The translations under genes were made by a program, and so were the position numbers. A stretch of 64,000 bases of DNA from an uncultured Gammaproteobacteria bacterium. GTDB taxonomy: Bacteria; Patescibacteriota; Patescibacteriia; UBA2591; CAYTBZ01. The stretch is taken from contig CAYTBZ010000002.1 in NCBI GenBank assembly GCA_964436275.1, positions 13,660 to 77,659 on the forward strand. The letters run 5' to 3'. Below the pieces are notes generated by a model, which saw nothing but the letters and a program-made list of their open reading frames with translations, did no database searches and was not told the origin of the DNA. Below, piece by piece: positions 29,322 through 39,509 of this stretch; the first letter of the stretch is position 1; every line of letters starts with the position of its first letter.

Positions 29322-30614
29322 ATGAAGATATTTATTAAAGATATTGCTCAATTTAAAGGCAAAAAAGTCACTCTTTGTGGTTGGATATTTAATTTTCGTT
29401 CCTCAGGGGGAATTTATTTCCTCCAGATAAGAGACGGCTCGGGATTTATTCAGGCAGTTGTAGATAGAAGTAAGGTGGAGAAAAAGACATGGGAAATTTG
29501 TCAAAAAATTAGTTTAGAAACATCAGCAGTTATTGAAGGGAAGGTTAGTCAACATCCAACTAAAAAGGAAATTTTTGAAATCCAGGTTGAGAAAATTAAA
29601 ATTATTCAAATTGCTGATAGATATCCTCTTGGAAAAAAATCACATGGCCCAGAATTTTTACTAGACCATCGACATTTATGGCTGCGTTCTAAAAGACAAT
29701 GGGCAATTCAAAAAATTCGCTATACATTAATTAAGGCAACCTATCAATGGTTGACCAATCATTACTTTATTAAAATAGATGCTCCAATTCTCACGCCAAT
29801 CGCTTGTGAAGGGACAACCACTTTATTTGGTTTGAAATACTTTGATTTGGGTAAGGCCTATCTTTCTCAATCTGGCCAACTTTACCTAGAGGCAGCTATT
29901 TTTGCCCATAATCGTGTTTTTGATTTTGGTCCAGTTTTCCGAGCAGAAAAATCAAAGACAAGAAGGCACTTAACAGAATTTTGGATGATGGATGCTGAAA
30001 TGGCTTTTGTCGAACATCAGGAGAATATGAAATTTCAGGAAAAATTGATTGTCTATCTAGTTAAAGAAGTTTTAAAAAATAACCAGAAAGAATTAGAAAT
30101 TTTGGAAAGAGATATTGAACCATTAAAGAAAATCAAACCGCCGTTTCCTAGGATTACTTATCAGGAAGCAATTGAAAAATTAAAGAAAAAAGGAGTAAAA
30201 ATAAAATACGGAGATGATTTTGGGGGAGACGAAGAGACCATTCTTTCTCAACTTTATGATAGACCATTATTTATAGAAAAATATCCGGCAAAATTAAAAG
30301 CATTTTATATGAAGCCAGACCCTAAGGATAAAAAGTTAGTTTTAAATGATGATTTATTAGCCCCTGAAGGATACGGAGAAATAATTGGCGGTTCTCAACG
30401 CGAAGAGGATTATCAAAACTTATTAAAACGTTTAAAAGAAAATAATTTGTCTCCTAAAGAATTTCAGTGGTATTTAGATTTAAGAAAATACGGCTCTGTT
30501 CCTCATTCAGGTTTTGGCTATGGTTTAGAAAGAATAGTTGCTTGGCTTTGCGGATTAAAACATGTAAGAGAAGCCATACCTTTTCCAAGATTGCTTAATC
30601 GCTTAAGACCATAA
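29322..30614 (+). CDS. asnS: Asparagine--tRNA ligase
   Basis: AYLSQSGQLYLE, FRAEKSKTRRHLTEFWM, VPHSGFGYGLER. Confidence 0.96.
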   Translation: MKIFIKDIAQFKGKKVTLCGWIFNFRSSGGIYFLQIRDGSGFIQAVVDRSKVEKKTWEICQKISLETSAVIEGKVSQHPTKKEIFEIQVEKIKIIQIADRYPLGKKSHGPEFLLDHRHLWLRSKRQWAIQKIRYTLIKATYQWLTNHYFIKIDAPILTPIACEGTTTLFGLKYFDLGKAYLSQSGQLYLEAAIFAHNRVFDFGPVFRAEKSKTRRHLTEFWMMDAEMAFVEHQENMKFQEKLIVYLVKEVLKNNQKELEILERDIEPLKKIKPPFPRITYQEAIEKLKKKGVKIKYGDDFGGDEETILSQLYDRPLFIEKYPAKLKAFYMKPDPKDKKLVLNDDLLAPEGYGEIIGGSQREEDYQNLLKRLKENNLSPKEFQWYLDLRKYGSVPHSGFGYGLERIVAWLCGLKHVREAIPFPRLLNRLRP

Positions 30615-30622
30615 TTATATCT

Positions 30623-32011
30623 ATGACTCGGACAAAAATTATTGACACAGTCAAAAAAATCAATGAAAAGGTTCTTCTTAAGGGCTGGGTTCATTCATAT
30701 CGCGATAAAGGGAAGATTATCTTTTTTGAATTAAGGGATGTAAGCGGAATTCTTCAATGTGTTGTTTGGCACGAAGACAAGGAGGTTTTTTCTTCGGCAA
30801 AGAAAATAGGCGTAGAGGATGTTCTTGAGGTTGTAGGAAAAGTGAATCAGCGACCCAAGAATCAAGTTAAAAAAGAGAAAGCCACGGGTATGTTGGAGAT
30901 AATTGTAGAAAAAATTAAAGTTATCAATAAAGCAAAAACATTACCTTTTGAAATCAATAAAGATAAGTTTAAAGAAAAGGTAAAAGAGGAGTTACGTTTA
31001 AAATATCGCTATTTAGATTTACGCCGGCCGAAAATGAAAGAAAAATTGATTTTCCGCCATCGTTTGATAAAATTTATCCGTGATTTTTTTGATCAAAAAG
31101 GGTTTTACGAAATTGAAACACCAATTTTAACTAAATCCACGCCAGAAGGAGCCCGAGATTATTTAGTTCCCTCAAGATTACATCCCGGTAAATTTTATGC
31201 TCTTCCTCAGTCTCCTCAACAATATAAGCAATTATTAATGGTTGCTGGAATAGAAAACTATTTTCAAATTGCTCGTTGCTTTCGTGATGAAGATCCACGC
31301 TCTGACCGTCAACCAGAATTTACTCAATTAGATATGGAGATGAGTTTCTGTCAGCAGAAAGATATCTTGAAGATAAGTGAAGAATTGTTAACAAAAATAG
31401 TAGAGAAGCTTTCGGATTGTCATTTAACCTTTAAACCATTTAAACGGTTGACCTATCAAGAAGCAATAAAAAAGTATGGTACAGATAAGCCAGATTTAAG
31501 AAAAGATAAAAATGACCCTAAAGAATTGGCTTTTGTTTGGATTTTAGATTGGCCCTTATTTTCTTGGGATAAAGAAAGAAAGAGATGGGACCCTTGTCAT
31601 CATATTTTCACCGCTCCTCAAGAGAAAGATATTCCTTTATTAGAAAAAAATCCGGCTAAAGTCCATTCCTGGCAACACGATTTAGTTTGTAATGGTTATG
31701 AAATAGGAGGAGGAAGTTTAAGAATTCATCAGCCTGACTTGCAAAAGAAAATTTTTAAATTAGTAGGAATTTCAGAAAAGGAAGCGGAAAAGAAGTTTGG
31801 TCATTTATTAGAAGCATTTTCTTATGGAGCCCCGCCTCACGGAGGAATTGCCTTTGGTTTAGATAGATTTTTAATGATTTTGACTGGAGAAACTAATATC
31901 CGTGAAGTTATTCCCTTTCCTAAAACAACTGATGCTCGTGATCCTTTGATGGACTCTCCAAGTGAAGTAGATAAAAAACAACTTAAAGAACTTCATTTAA
32001 AAATTAATTAA
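30623..32011 (+). CDS. aspS: Aspartate--tRNA ligase, bacterial type lacking the GAD insertion
   Basis: STPEGARDYLVPSR, LPQSPQ, FRDED, APPHGGIAFGLDR; only 462 aa. Confidence 0.96.
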   Translation: MTRTKIIDTVKKINEKVLLKGWVHSYRDKGKIIFFELRDVSGILQCVVWHEDKEVFSSAKKIGVEDVLEVVGKVNQRPKNQVKKEKATGMLEIIVEKIKVINKAKTLPFEINKDKFKEKVKEELRLKYRYLDLRRPKMKEKLIFRHRLIKFIRDFFDQKGFYEIETPILTKSTPEGARDYLVPSRLHPGKFYALPQSPQQYKQLLMVAGIENYFQIARCFRDEDPRSDRQPEFTQLDMEMSFCQQKDILKISEELLTKIVEKLSDCHLTFKPFKRLTYQEAIKKYGTDKPDLRKDKNDPKELAFVWILDWPLFSWDKERKRWDPCHHIFTAPQEKDIPLLEKNPAKVHSWQHDLVCNGYEIGGGSLRIHQPDLQKKIFKLVGISEKEAEKKFGHLLEAFSYGAPPHGGIAFGLDRFLMILTGETNIREVIPFPKTTDARDPLMDSPSEVDKKQLKELHLKIN

Positions 32012-32017
32012 AAGCAA

Positions 32018-32683
32018 ATGGAAATAACCTTAGCACGAATCAATAGTGACCCGAGAATCAATGAATTTATTCGCCAAACAGAAAAAGCCCTTAAAGTTCA
32101 GGGATTTACTGAACATGGTTTTCGGCATGCTAATTTGGTTGCTTCTCGTGCTCGGACAGTGGCTCAAATGATTGGTCTTTCCAAAAAAGAGCAAGAGCTT
32201 GCTGCTGTAGCTGGTTATTGTCATGATATGGCAAATTTTTTGGGGAGAACCCATCATCATTACTGGGGCGCCTTACTTTTTGGCCAACTTTATTTAAAGG
32301 ATAATAATCCTAAAGATGTTGCTTTAGTTATGCAGGCAATTGCTAATCATGATAAGGAAGAGATGAAATTATCTAATCCTATTTCTGCTGTTTTGGTTTT
32401 AGCCGATAAGTCAGATGTTCATCGGGAAAGAGTTTCCCAGGTTTCTGCTTCAAGATTAAAGGTGGATATTCATAATCGAGTTAATTACGCAACGATTGCG
32501 AGTAAGTTAGGTATTGATAAAAAAACAAAAGAAATAAAACTTTCCCTAAAAATTGATACAAAAATTGTTCCGATAATGGAATATTTTGAGATATTTACTC
32601 AAAGAATGGTTTATTGTCGGAAAGCAGCAGAATATCTTGGTTACAAATTTACTTTAGAGATAAACAAATTTAAACTTTTGTAA
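32018..32683 (+). CDS. HD-domain metal-dependent phosphohydrolase
   Basis: EHGFRH...CHD...H...LADKSD. Confidence 0.85.
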   Translation: MEITLARINSDPRINEFIRQTEKALKVQGFTEHGFRHANLVASRARTVAQMIGLSKKEQELAAVAGYCHDMANFLGRTHHHYWGALLFGQLYLKDNNPKDVALVMQAIANHDKEEMKLSNPISAVLVLADKSDVHRERVSQVSASRLKVDIHNRVNYATIASKLGIDKKTKEIKLSLKIDTKIVPIMEYFEIFTQRMVYCRKAAEYLGYKFTLEINKFKLL

Positions 32684-32688
32684 TCAAA

Positions 32689-33009
32689 ATGTATTTATCA
32701 AAACTTCAGCAATATATCTTGTTAGAATTATATTTTTCCCGAAGGAAAAAATATCCTAAAAATGATTTAAAGAGTTATTATCAGCGACAGAATAAAAAAT
32801 TGAAAGAAAAAAATAAACAGAGCATTATTACTCGGAGTATAGAGAGATTAATAAAGAAAGGATTATTAGTTGGTTATGGTGAGAGGACGCCGGAAAAGTG
32901 GTATATTCAAGAGATAAAGTTAACTAAAAAGGGAAAAGAAGTGGTTAAAGAACTTCTAAAAAATTATGGTCGATTGCCTTTTAAAATAAAGAGAAAGAAA
33001 AATAAATAA
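32689..33009 (+). CDS. Hypothetical winged-helix-like DNA-binding protein
   Basis: LSKLQQYIL...ITRSIERLIKKGLL...IKLTKKG pattern. Confidence 0.6.
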   Translation: MYLSKLQQYILLELYFSRRKKYPKNDLKSYYQRQNKKLKEKNKQSIITRSIERLIKKGLLVGYGERTPEKWYIQEIKLTKKGKEVVKELLKNYGRLPFKIKRKKNK

Positions 33010-33025
33010 TTTAATTTATTTGCCT

Positions 33026-33643
33026 ATGGTTAAAAAGAAGAAAAAAGCGTCTCAAAAAAAATCTAAAAAAAGAAAAGTTAGTTCTTTAAAAAAGAAGGCA
33101 AAAGCCAAAAAGGGAACTTCATTAAAGAAAAGAAAAGTTAAATCTACTTCAAAAAAGAAGAAAATTAAAGTTCCTCGAGCGAAAATCCCAGCTAAATTAT
33201 TAAGGATATTGGAAAGCAATAAGATTAGGTATAAAATTATTCCTCATAAGGTTGTTTTTACTGCTTATGATTTGGCTCAAACATTGAAGATAGATTTAAA
33301 GAGAGTAACAAAAACACTTGTTCTAAAAACTGATAAAGGATATTGCTTAGCTGTTTTGCCTGGTAATTTAAAACTTGATTTGAATAAGTTTAAAAAATTG
33401 TTTAAGTTTAAAAAAGTAAGTATGGTCCCGGAAAAAGAAATGGTAAAGAAGTTTAAAATTAAACCAGGCGCAATAACACCCTTTGCTTCTCTTTATAAAA
33501 TTCCTCTTTATTTAGAGAAGAAAATAGCTATTTTAGATAAATGTTTGTTCCAATCAGGGAGTTTTCAAGAATCAATAGAGATGAGGGTAAAGGATTTTAT
33601 CAAATTAGAAAATCCTTTTCTTGGTTCTTTTGGTAAGAAATAA
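33026..33643 (+). CDS. YbaK/EbsC (ProX) family tRNA-editing-like protein with Lys-rich N-extension
   Basis: HKVVFTA, KTLV, LAVLP, PGAITPF. Confidence 0.8.
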   Translation: MVKKKKKASQKKSKKRKVSSLKKKAKAKKGTSLKKRKVKSTSKKKKIKVPRAKIPAKLLRILESNKIRYKIIPHKVVFTAYDLAQTLKIDLKRVTKTLVLKTDKGYCLAVLPGNLKLDLNKFKKLFKFKKVSMVPEKEMVKKFKIKPGAITPFASLYKIPLYLEKKIAILDKCLFQSGSFQESIEMRVKDFIKLENPFLGSFGKK

Positions 33644-33646
33644 TTT

Positions 33647-34357
33647 ATGGAAGAGTATTCAATAAAATTGGAACAATTTGAAGGTCCTCTTCCTTTACTT
33701 TTAGAACTGATTGAAAAGGAAAAGTTAGACATTAGTAATATCTCTTTAGCCAAGGTTGCTGACCAATGCATTGCTTATTTAGAAAGACAAGAGTTTTCTG
33801 ACCCGCGCTTATTGGCTGATTTTTTAGTAGTTGTAGCAAAATTAATTTTAATTAAGTCAAAGTTATTTATTCCTCTTTTAGAAACAGAGTTAGATGAAGA
33901 GGATTTAGGAATTAGTTTAGAAAAGCAATTAAAGATATTTCAGAGATATTATCTTGCTTCTAAGAAAATAAAACAAATAATTGCTCAAAAACATTTTTCT
34001 TTTCCTCGCCAAAACCCTATTATTGTTGAAGGTTTCTATCCGCCAAAAGGTATAAATAAAGAGATTTTGTCCAGAACCTTGAATGAATTAATTACCCAAA
34101 TAGAGCCAGTCGTTAAAATTCCTCATAAGACGATTAAAAGAATTATTTCTCTTCAAGAGAAGATTAAACAGATAAAAAAAATAATTTTAGAGAAACAGAC
34201 AATAGAGTTTAGATATCTAATTAAATCTAATTCTCTTTCAGAGATTATTGTTACTTTTCTTGCGGTTTTAGAACTTACCAAAGAAAAATCAATTGTCCCT
34301 ATCCAAAATAATCTTTTTGAAGAAATAAAAATTAGTTCTTATGACGGAAAAGAATGA
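33647..34357 (+). CDS. scpA: Segregation/condensation protein A
   Basis: FEGPLPLLL.LI, LIKSK, VTFLAVLEL. Confidence 0.93.
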   Translation: MEEYSIKLEQFEGPLPLLLELIEKEKLDISNISLAKVADQCIAYLERQEFSDPRLLADFLVVVAKLILIKSKLFIPLLETELDEEDLGISLEKQLKIFQRYYLASKKIKQIIAQKHFSFPRQNPIIVEGFYPPKGINKEILSRTLNELITQIEPVVKIPHKTIKRIISLQEKIKQIKKIILEKQTIEFRYLIKSNSLSEIIVTFLAVLELTKEKSIVPIQNNLFEEIKISSYDGKE

Positions 34358-34901
34358 TTTAAACAAACTAAAGTCATTAATTGAGAGTTTACTCTTTATT
34401 TCTTCCCATCCTCTTTCTTTATCTCAGTTAACTCGTTTAGTCAAGAATGACCAAAAAGAGGTAGAAAAGGCATTAGAAGAATTAACTGAAGATTATAATA
34501 AGAACCAGCGGGGGATAAAGATTATCCAAAATAATAATAAATTTCAAATGGTGACCAATCCGGAAAATTCTTCGCTCATTCAAAAATTTCTCAAAGAAGA
34601 AAGGAGCGGTGAATTGACTCCTGCTTCTTTAGAAACATTATCGGTTTTAAGTTATTGCGGACCAATGACCAAATATGAATTAGAGCAGATAAGAGGCGTG
34701 AATTGTAGTTTAATCTTAAGAAATCTAATGATAAAGGGTTTAGTGGAAGTCCAGTCAAAGAATGAAGAAGGGCTCCCCCTTTATGATATAACTTTTGATT
34801 TTTTGCATTATTTAGGTCTTAACAGAAGGGAAGAATTGCCTGATTATGAGAAATTACATCGTCATCAGATTTTAGAAGAATTAATAAATAATCAAAATTG
34901 A
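34341..34901 (+). CDS. scpB: Segregation/condensation protein B
   Basis: IESLLF, SLETLS, EQIRGVN, FL.YLGL. Confidence 0.94.
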   Translation: MTEKNDLNKLKSLIESLLFISSHPLSLSQLTRLVKNDQKEVEKALEELTEDYNKNQRGIKIIQNNNKFQMVTNPENSSLIQKFLKEERSGELTPASLETLSVLSYCGPMTKYELEQIRGVNCSLILRNLMIKGLVEVQSKNEEGLPLYDITFDFLHYLGLNRREELPDYEKLHRHQILEELINNQN

Positions 34902-34954
34902 CTTTTTATCTCATTCTCTTATAATATAAATATAAGAAATTTTAGTTTAAAATT

Positions 34955-35260
34955 ATGGACCAATTAAGTAAAGAATTAAAGGAACTTCTATTGAAATTTC
35001 CTCTCTTTGCCAATTTGAAGAAAAAACGTTTGTATTTATCAAATTTAGACAGATTAGGAAAGAGAGAAAGCAAAGATCTGATTAAGAAGTTAAGGCAAAT
35101 AATTAAGGAAAGAGACAGGAAGCTTTTAGCTCTTCGCGAAAAATGGGAAAATTTTATGCTTCGAGAGAAAAAGAAAATTCTTAATCTGATTAGAAAAAGA
35201 ATTGAGGAGCAGTCAAACAAAAAACTGAAAGAACTAAGAGAAAAGTTAAAAGAAATTTAA
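34955..35260 (+). CDS. Hypothetical coiled-coil protein
   Basis: 101-aa K/E/L-rich ORF downstream of TTGACT-16 bp-TATAAT (34898-34925). Confidence 0.6.
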   Translation: MDQLSKELKELLLKFPLFANLKKKRLYLSNLDRLGKRESKDLIKKLRQIIKERDRKLLALREKWENFMLREKKKILNLIRKRIEEQSNKKLKELREKLKEI

Positions 35261-35303
35261 TAATTTATTTTATTATTGAATAATTTATTAATTTTCTTTA
35301 ATT

Positions 35304-36482
35304 ATGCTAAAAGAATCAAATTTAATTTTAAGAGAAAAAGAGAAAAAGGAAGAAAAAGAAGAGAAATATCTTCCTCTTTCTCCAAAAGAAGAAATAGAGG
35401 AGGGAATTAAGGATTTAGAAGAAATAACGAGAGGAAATAAAGAGGAAGTTATTAATTTAGATGAGGCAAGAAAAATTACTCGCGAAACAATAGGAATGGC
35501 AGAGGAAATAGAAAAAGATGCTGAAAGAATTGAAGAAGCAGCAGAAGTTAAATTAGAAAGGGTCTTAGAAGATATTCTTCTTCAAAACAAGAAAGAAAGA
35601 AAAAATTGGTTAAAAATAGCAATGAAAACAGCTGATAAGTTTTTGAAGAGAACGAGAACCAAATTTGAAAAATTAGTACCGCCTAATCGTTTAAAAGAGA
35701 TAGAACGGTCTTTAGCGCGAAAGGTTAAAACACTTTTAATCTTAGCCATTGCTTTAGAAAGTATTCCAGCAGGAGCCAGTGGGGGAGAAAAGAAACAGAC
35801 AGAAAAAGCAGACAGTTTGGCTTTAGCCACCACCGCAGAAGTTCTTTCTCATAGTGATAAAGATACAACTACCTTAGCCACTCAAGAGGCCTTGGAAAAA
35901 GGAGTAATTACTCAAAAAGAATTAGAAAAGTATAAAACACCATCAGCTAAAGAAGAGGGAAAAGTTGAATTGAATTTTAAATACCCTGAAGACGCTGAAG
36001 GAATAAAAAAGTTTATTAAAAAATTAGCTTCTACTGATTATCAAAATGATACCTTAGGACTTTCTTTTGACTTAGAATTTTTAACAGAAAAAGTAAATTA
36101 TTATAACCAGAAGCATCCAGATGATAAGATAAATTTAGCTCAAGCCACAGAATCATTGCCTGAGGAGACAAAAGATTTGATAAAAGAATATCTATCTAAA
36201 GAGTTCCATGATGTTTTAAACGAGACATTAGAAGATTTTAGAAGTGATTTTAAGTCACGCCGTCTTCCTCGGGGGAAGAAAAATATCATCCGTCTTTTCT
36301 GGGCGATGAGGGCTCAGGCTAAACAAGGGAAATGGGATAAGATTATTCAGCTTTGGGAGAAAAGAGTTGATTATTATCCGCCAGTGTATCGAGAACAGCG
36401 ATATTGGGATGAGTATAACCATAAGTTAGAGCAATTAGAATATGAAATATCTTTAATCAAGACGTTCCTTGTTTCTGGGTAA
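35304..36482 (+). CDS. Hypothetical E/K-rich protein with one internal hydrophobic segment
   Basis: 392-aa ORF; KTLLILAIALESIPAGAS at about aa 142-159. Confidence 0.7.
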   Translation: MLKESNLILREKEKKEEKEEKYLPLSPKEEIEEGIKDLEEITRGNKEEVINLDEARKITRETIGMAEEIEKDAERIEEAAEVKLERVLEDILLQNKKERKNWLKIAMKTADKFLKRTRTKFEKLVPPNRLKEIERSLARKVKTLLILAIALESIPAGASGGEKKQTEKADSLALATTAEVLSHSDKDTTTLATQEALEKGVITQKELEKYKTPSAKEEGKVELNFKYPEDAEGIKKFIKKLASTDYQNDTLGLSFDLEFLTEKVNYYNQKHPDDKINLAQATESLPEETKDLIKEYLSKEFHDVLNETLEDFRSDFKSRRLPRGKKNIIRLFWAMRAQAKQGKWDKIIQLWEKRVDYYPPVYREQRYWDEYNHKLEQLEYEISLIKTFLVSG

Positions 36483-36498
36483 AGTAAACTAATATTTT

Positions 36499-36541
36499 AA
36501 AAAATAAAAACAAGAGAATCTTTCTCTTGTTTTTATTTTTT
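36499..36541. terminator. Bidirectional terminator
   Basis: AAAAAATAAAAACAAGAGAA-tct-TTCTCTTGTTTTTATTTTTT. Confidence 0.7.
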
Positions 36542-36550
36542 ATCTTCTCC

Positions 36551-36847
36551 TTATTTCTTTTTCTTTTCCTTTAAAGGGACAACCCTGACGAAGGTGGTTA
36601 GTTTTTTTTGCCCATTAAATCTTTTTCTTTTTTTCTTATAAAATTCAACTTTACCATCTATTAAGGCAAAAAGAGTATCATCTTTTCCTCTTTTAACATT
36701 TTCTCCGGGATGATACTTGGTTCCTCGTTGGCGGACAATAATTGCTCCGGCTTTTGCGAATTGTCCGCCAAACAATTTGACTCCCAATCTCTGTGATTGT
36801 GAGTCCCGACCCAATTTTGTTGAACCTCCTGCTTTTTTGTGAGCCAT
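36551..36847 (-). CDS. rpmA: 50S ribosomal protein L27
   Basis: [14 protein letters not shown]...RLGVK, RQRGTK; promoter TTGACT-17 bp-TAAAAT at 36906-36878. Confidence 0.98.
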   Translation of the reverse strand: MAHKKAGGSTKLGRDSQSQRLGVKLFGGQFAKAGAIIVRQRGTKYHPGENVKRGKDDTLFALIDGKVEFYKKKRKRFNGQKKLTTFVRVVPLKEKKKK

Positions 36848-36949
36848 ATTCTTTTTTAATACTTTTTATTGTTTTCTATTTTATCCTTTTCTTTTAAAAA
36901 AGTCAATTCTTTTCTGGAAAAAACCTTATCTTTATGATAAAATGTCCTT

Positions 36950-37327
36950 ATGAAACTCTCAAATTTAATTAAGAGATTATTTAGAACAAAACAGCATTAT
37001 TTTTGGCAGGATAAACTCATTTTCTTTCCTGGTATCATAAGTATTATTTTGAATTTTTTTATTTGGCTTTTTCTAATAATCCGGGTAAAATCGCTAAATC
37101 AAATTATACCACTTCATTACAATATTTATTATGGAGTAGATTTTATTGGGCCAAAGACAGAATTATTTAAAATTAATTTATTGGCTTTATTAATTCTTTT
37201 TATCAATTTATTTCTTGCTTTTAAAATATATAAATACGAAAGAATAAATAGTTATTTTCTTCTATTTGCCTCTCTTTTAAGTCAATTAATTTTCTTAATA
37301 TTTTTTATTTCCATTGTTAATCTTTAA
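36950..37327 (+). CDS. Hypothetical 3-TM membrane protein
   Basis: IPLHYNIYYGVD loop between TM helices; first gene of the mraY operon. Confidence 0.7.
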   Translation: MKLSNLIKRLFRTKQHYFWQDKLIFFPGIISIILNFFIWLFLIIRVKSLNQIIPLHYNIYYGVDFIGPKTELFKINLLALLILFINLFLAFKIYKYERINSYFLLFASLLSQLIFLIFFISIVNL

Positions 37328-37329
37328 AA

Positions 37330-38376
37330 ATGGACTATTTTCCAGTAATAAAAATTTTATTTTTTTCTGCTTTAGCTTTTGTCATTACTATTGCCTGGAC
37401 ACCCATTTTAACGCATTTTTTATATAAGTATAAATTAGGTAAAAGAATTCGCAATGATGGAACAACTCCGATTTTTTCCAAATTACATCAGAAAAAAGCA
37501 GGCACTCCAACAATGGGTGGATTATTAGTTTGGGTGACTACTCTTATTCTAACACTAATTTTCTTTTTTTTGCCGCAATTTTTCCCTCTTCCTTTATTCA
37601 AAAAATTAAACTTTTTAACTCGTTCGCAGACACTTCTCCCTTTAGGCGCTTTAGTTGCTTCGGCTTTAGTAGGTTTAGTTGATGACATCCTCAATATTCG
37701 GGGTATTGGCGCTAAAGGCGGGGGATTGAGGATTCGACATCGTCTTTTGCTTTATTCTTTGATAGCTTTAATTGGCGCCCTTTGGTTCTACTATAAATTG
37801 GATTGGGATTTAATCCATCTACCCTTTTTAGGAAATTATCAACTTGGTTTTTGGTATATTCCTGTTTTTATCTTTATTATTGTAGCTACAAGTTTTTCCG
37901 TTAATGAAACTGATGGTTTAGATGGGTTAGCTGGTGGTGTTTTACTTTTTTCCTTCGCTGCTTTTGCTGCGATTGCTTATTTAAAAGGTAGGTTCGATTT
38001 GGCTACCTTTTGTGGAGTAATCAGTGGTTCTCTCGCTGCTTTTCTTTGGTTTAATATTTATCCAGCTCGTTTTTTTATGGGAGATACAGGTTCAATGTCT
38101 TTAGGAGTAACCTTGGGTATCGTTGCCTTATTAACAAATTCAGCTTTTCTTTTGCCAATTATTGGTTTGATTTTAGTCCTAGAATCTCTTTCAGTTATTA
38201 TTCAGATATTTTCCAAGAAGTTTTTTAAGAAAAAAGTTTTTCTTTCCTCTCCTCTCCATCATCATTTTGAGGCAAAAGGATGGCCGGAGCCAAAAATAGT
38301 AATGCGTTTTTGGGTTATCTCAGGAATCTCAGGTATTATTGGTTTAATTATCGCTTTATTAGATAAAACTCTTTAG
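37330..38376 (+). CDS. mraY: Phospho-N-acetylmuramoyl-pentapeptide transferase
   Basis: KAGTPTMGG, VDD, VNETDGLDGLA, FMGDTGS, PLHHHFE. Confidence 0.97.
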   Translation: MDYFPVIKILFFSALAFVITIAWTPILTHFLYKYKLGKRIRNDGTTPIFSKLHQKKAGTPTMGGLLVWVTTLILTLIFFFLPQFFPLPLFKKLNFLTRSQTLLPLGALVASALVGLVDDILNIRGIGAKGGGLRIRHRLLLYSLIALIGALWFYYKLDWDLIHLPFLGNYQLGFWYIPVFIFIIVATSFSVNETDGLDGLAGGVLLFSFAAFAAIAYLKGRFDLATFCGVISGSLAAFLWFNIYPARFFMGDTGSMSLGVTLGIVALLTNSAFLLPIIGLILVLESLSVIIQIFSKKFFKKKVFLSSPLHHHFEAKGWPEPKIVMRFWVISGISGIIGLIIALLDKTL

Positions 38377-38397
38377 AAAATTATAATTTTCAATAAT

Positions 38398-39498
38398 ATG
38401 CGTTTTTCTTCTCATGCTCCTGATCGTTTTTTAATCTTCACTATTGGTTCTCTCTTGCTTATTGGCTTGTTTATGCTTGCTTCGGCAAGTCCTATTATTT
38501 CTTACACTAAATTTCACCATCCTTACCATTTTCTTTTCCATCAGATTACCTTTGGTCTTTTGCCGGGAATTTTCCTTTTTTTTATTGGGTATAAAACTGA
38601 TTATCATTTTTGGAGAAAGATTTCCTTCTTTTTTCTTTTATTAACCATTTTCCTTTTGGGAGCAGTTTTTATTCCAGGAATAGGTGCTTCTTTTGGTCGG
38701 GCTAGAAGTTGGATTAAATTAGGTAATTTTTCTTTCCAGCCAAGTGAGTTAGTTAAATTAAGCTTAATTTTCTATTTGTCTGCTCTTCTTTCAAAGACGG
38801 AGAAAAAAATTAAAGATATAAAATATGGTCTATTGCCTTTTCTTTTACTAATAGGTTTAATTTTTTTTCTACTTTATTCTCAACCCGATTTGGGAACTCT
38901 TTCTATTATTATTGCCACCTCTTTAATTATTTATTTTGTCTCCGGTGGAAAATTAACACATATTTTAGGAATAATACTCAGTGGTCTGCTGGTTGTCTCT
39001 TTTTTATTAAAAAAGTCGTCTTATCAAATGATGAGAATTAAAGTGTTTTTAAATCCAGATGCTTATCCTAAATTAAGTTATCATCTTCGTCAGGCTCTTT
39101 TATCTATTGGCTCCGGCGGTCTTTTTGGTTTGGGGTTAGGGGAGTCAAGGGGAAAATTTGCTTATGTGCCCGAAGCATATAGTGATTCTATTTTTTCTGT
39201 GATTGCTGAAGAATTAGGTTTTTTCTTTTCTCTATTCTTAGTTTTTTTATTTGTTTTCTTTGCTCTTCGAGGTCTAAGAATAGCCAAAAGATCACCGGAT
39301 AAATTTGGACAATTGTTAGCAGTAGGAATTGTCTCCTGGATAACTGTTCAAGCATTTGTTAATATTATGTCAATGATTAATTTAGTTCCTATGACCGGAG
39401 TTCCTTTGCCCTTGATAAGTTATGGTGGGTCAGCATTAGCCGTTTCTCTCTTTGCTTTAGGGATTCTTTTAAATCTTTCTAAATATACACGAGAGTAA
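38398..39498 (+). CDS. ftsW: SEDS peptidoglycan glycosyltransferase FtsW
   Basis: FQPSELVK, QPDLGT, PEAYSDSIF, PLISYGGS. Confidence 0.93.
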   Translation: MRFSSHAPDRFLIFTIGSLLLIGLFMLASASPIISYTKFHHPYHFLFHQITFGLLPGIFLFFIGYKTDYHFWRKISFFFLLLTIFLLGAVFIPGIGASFGRARSWIKLGNFSFQPSELVKLSLIFYLSALLSKTEKKIKDIKYGLLPFLLLIGLIFFLLYSQPDLGTLSIIIATSLIIYFVSGGKLTHILGIILSGLLVVSFLLKKSSYQMMRIKVFLNPDAYPKLSYHLRQALLSIGSGGLFGLGLGESRGKFAYVPEAYSDSIFSVIAEELGFFFSLFLVFLFVFFALRGLRIAKRSPDKFGQLLAVGIVSWITVQAFVNIMSMINLVPMTGVPLPLISYGGSALAVSLFALGILLNLSKYTRE

Positions 39499-39509
39499 TA
39501 TTTTTTATT

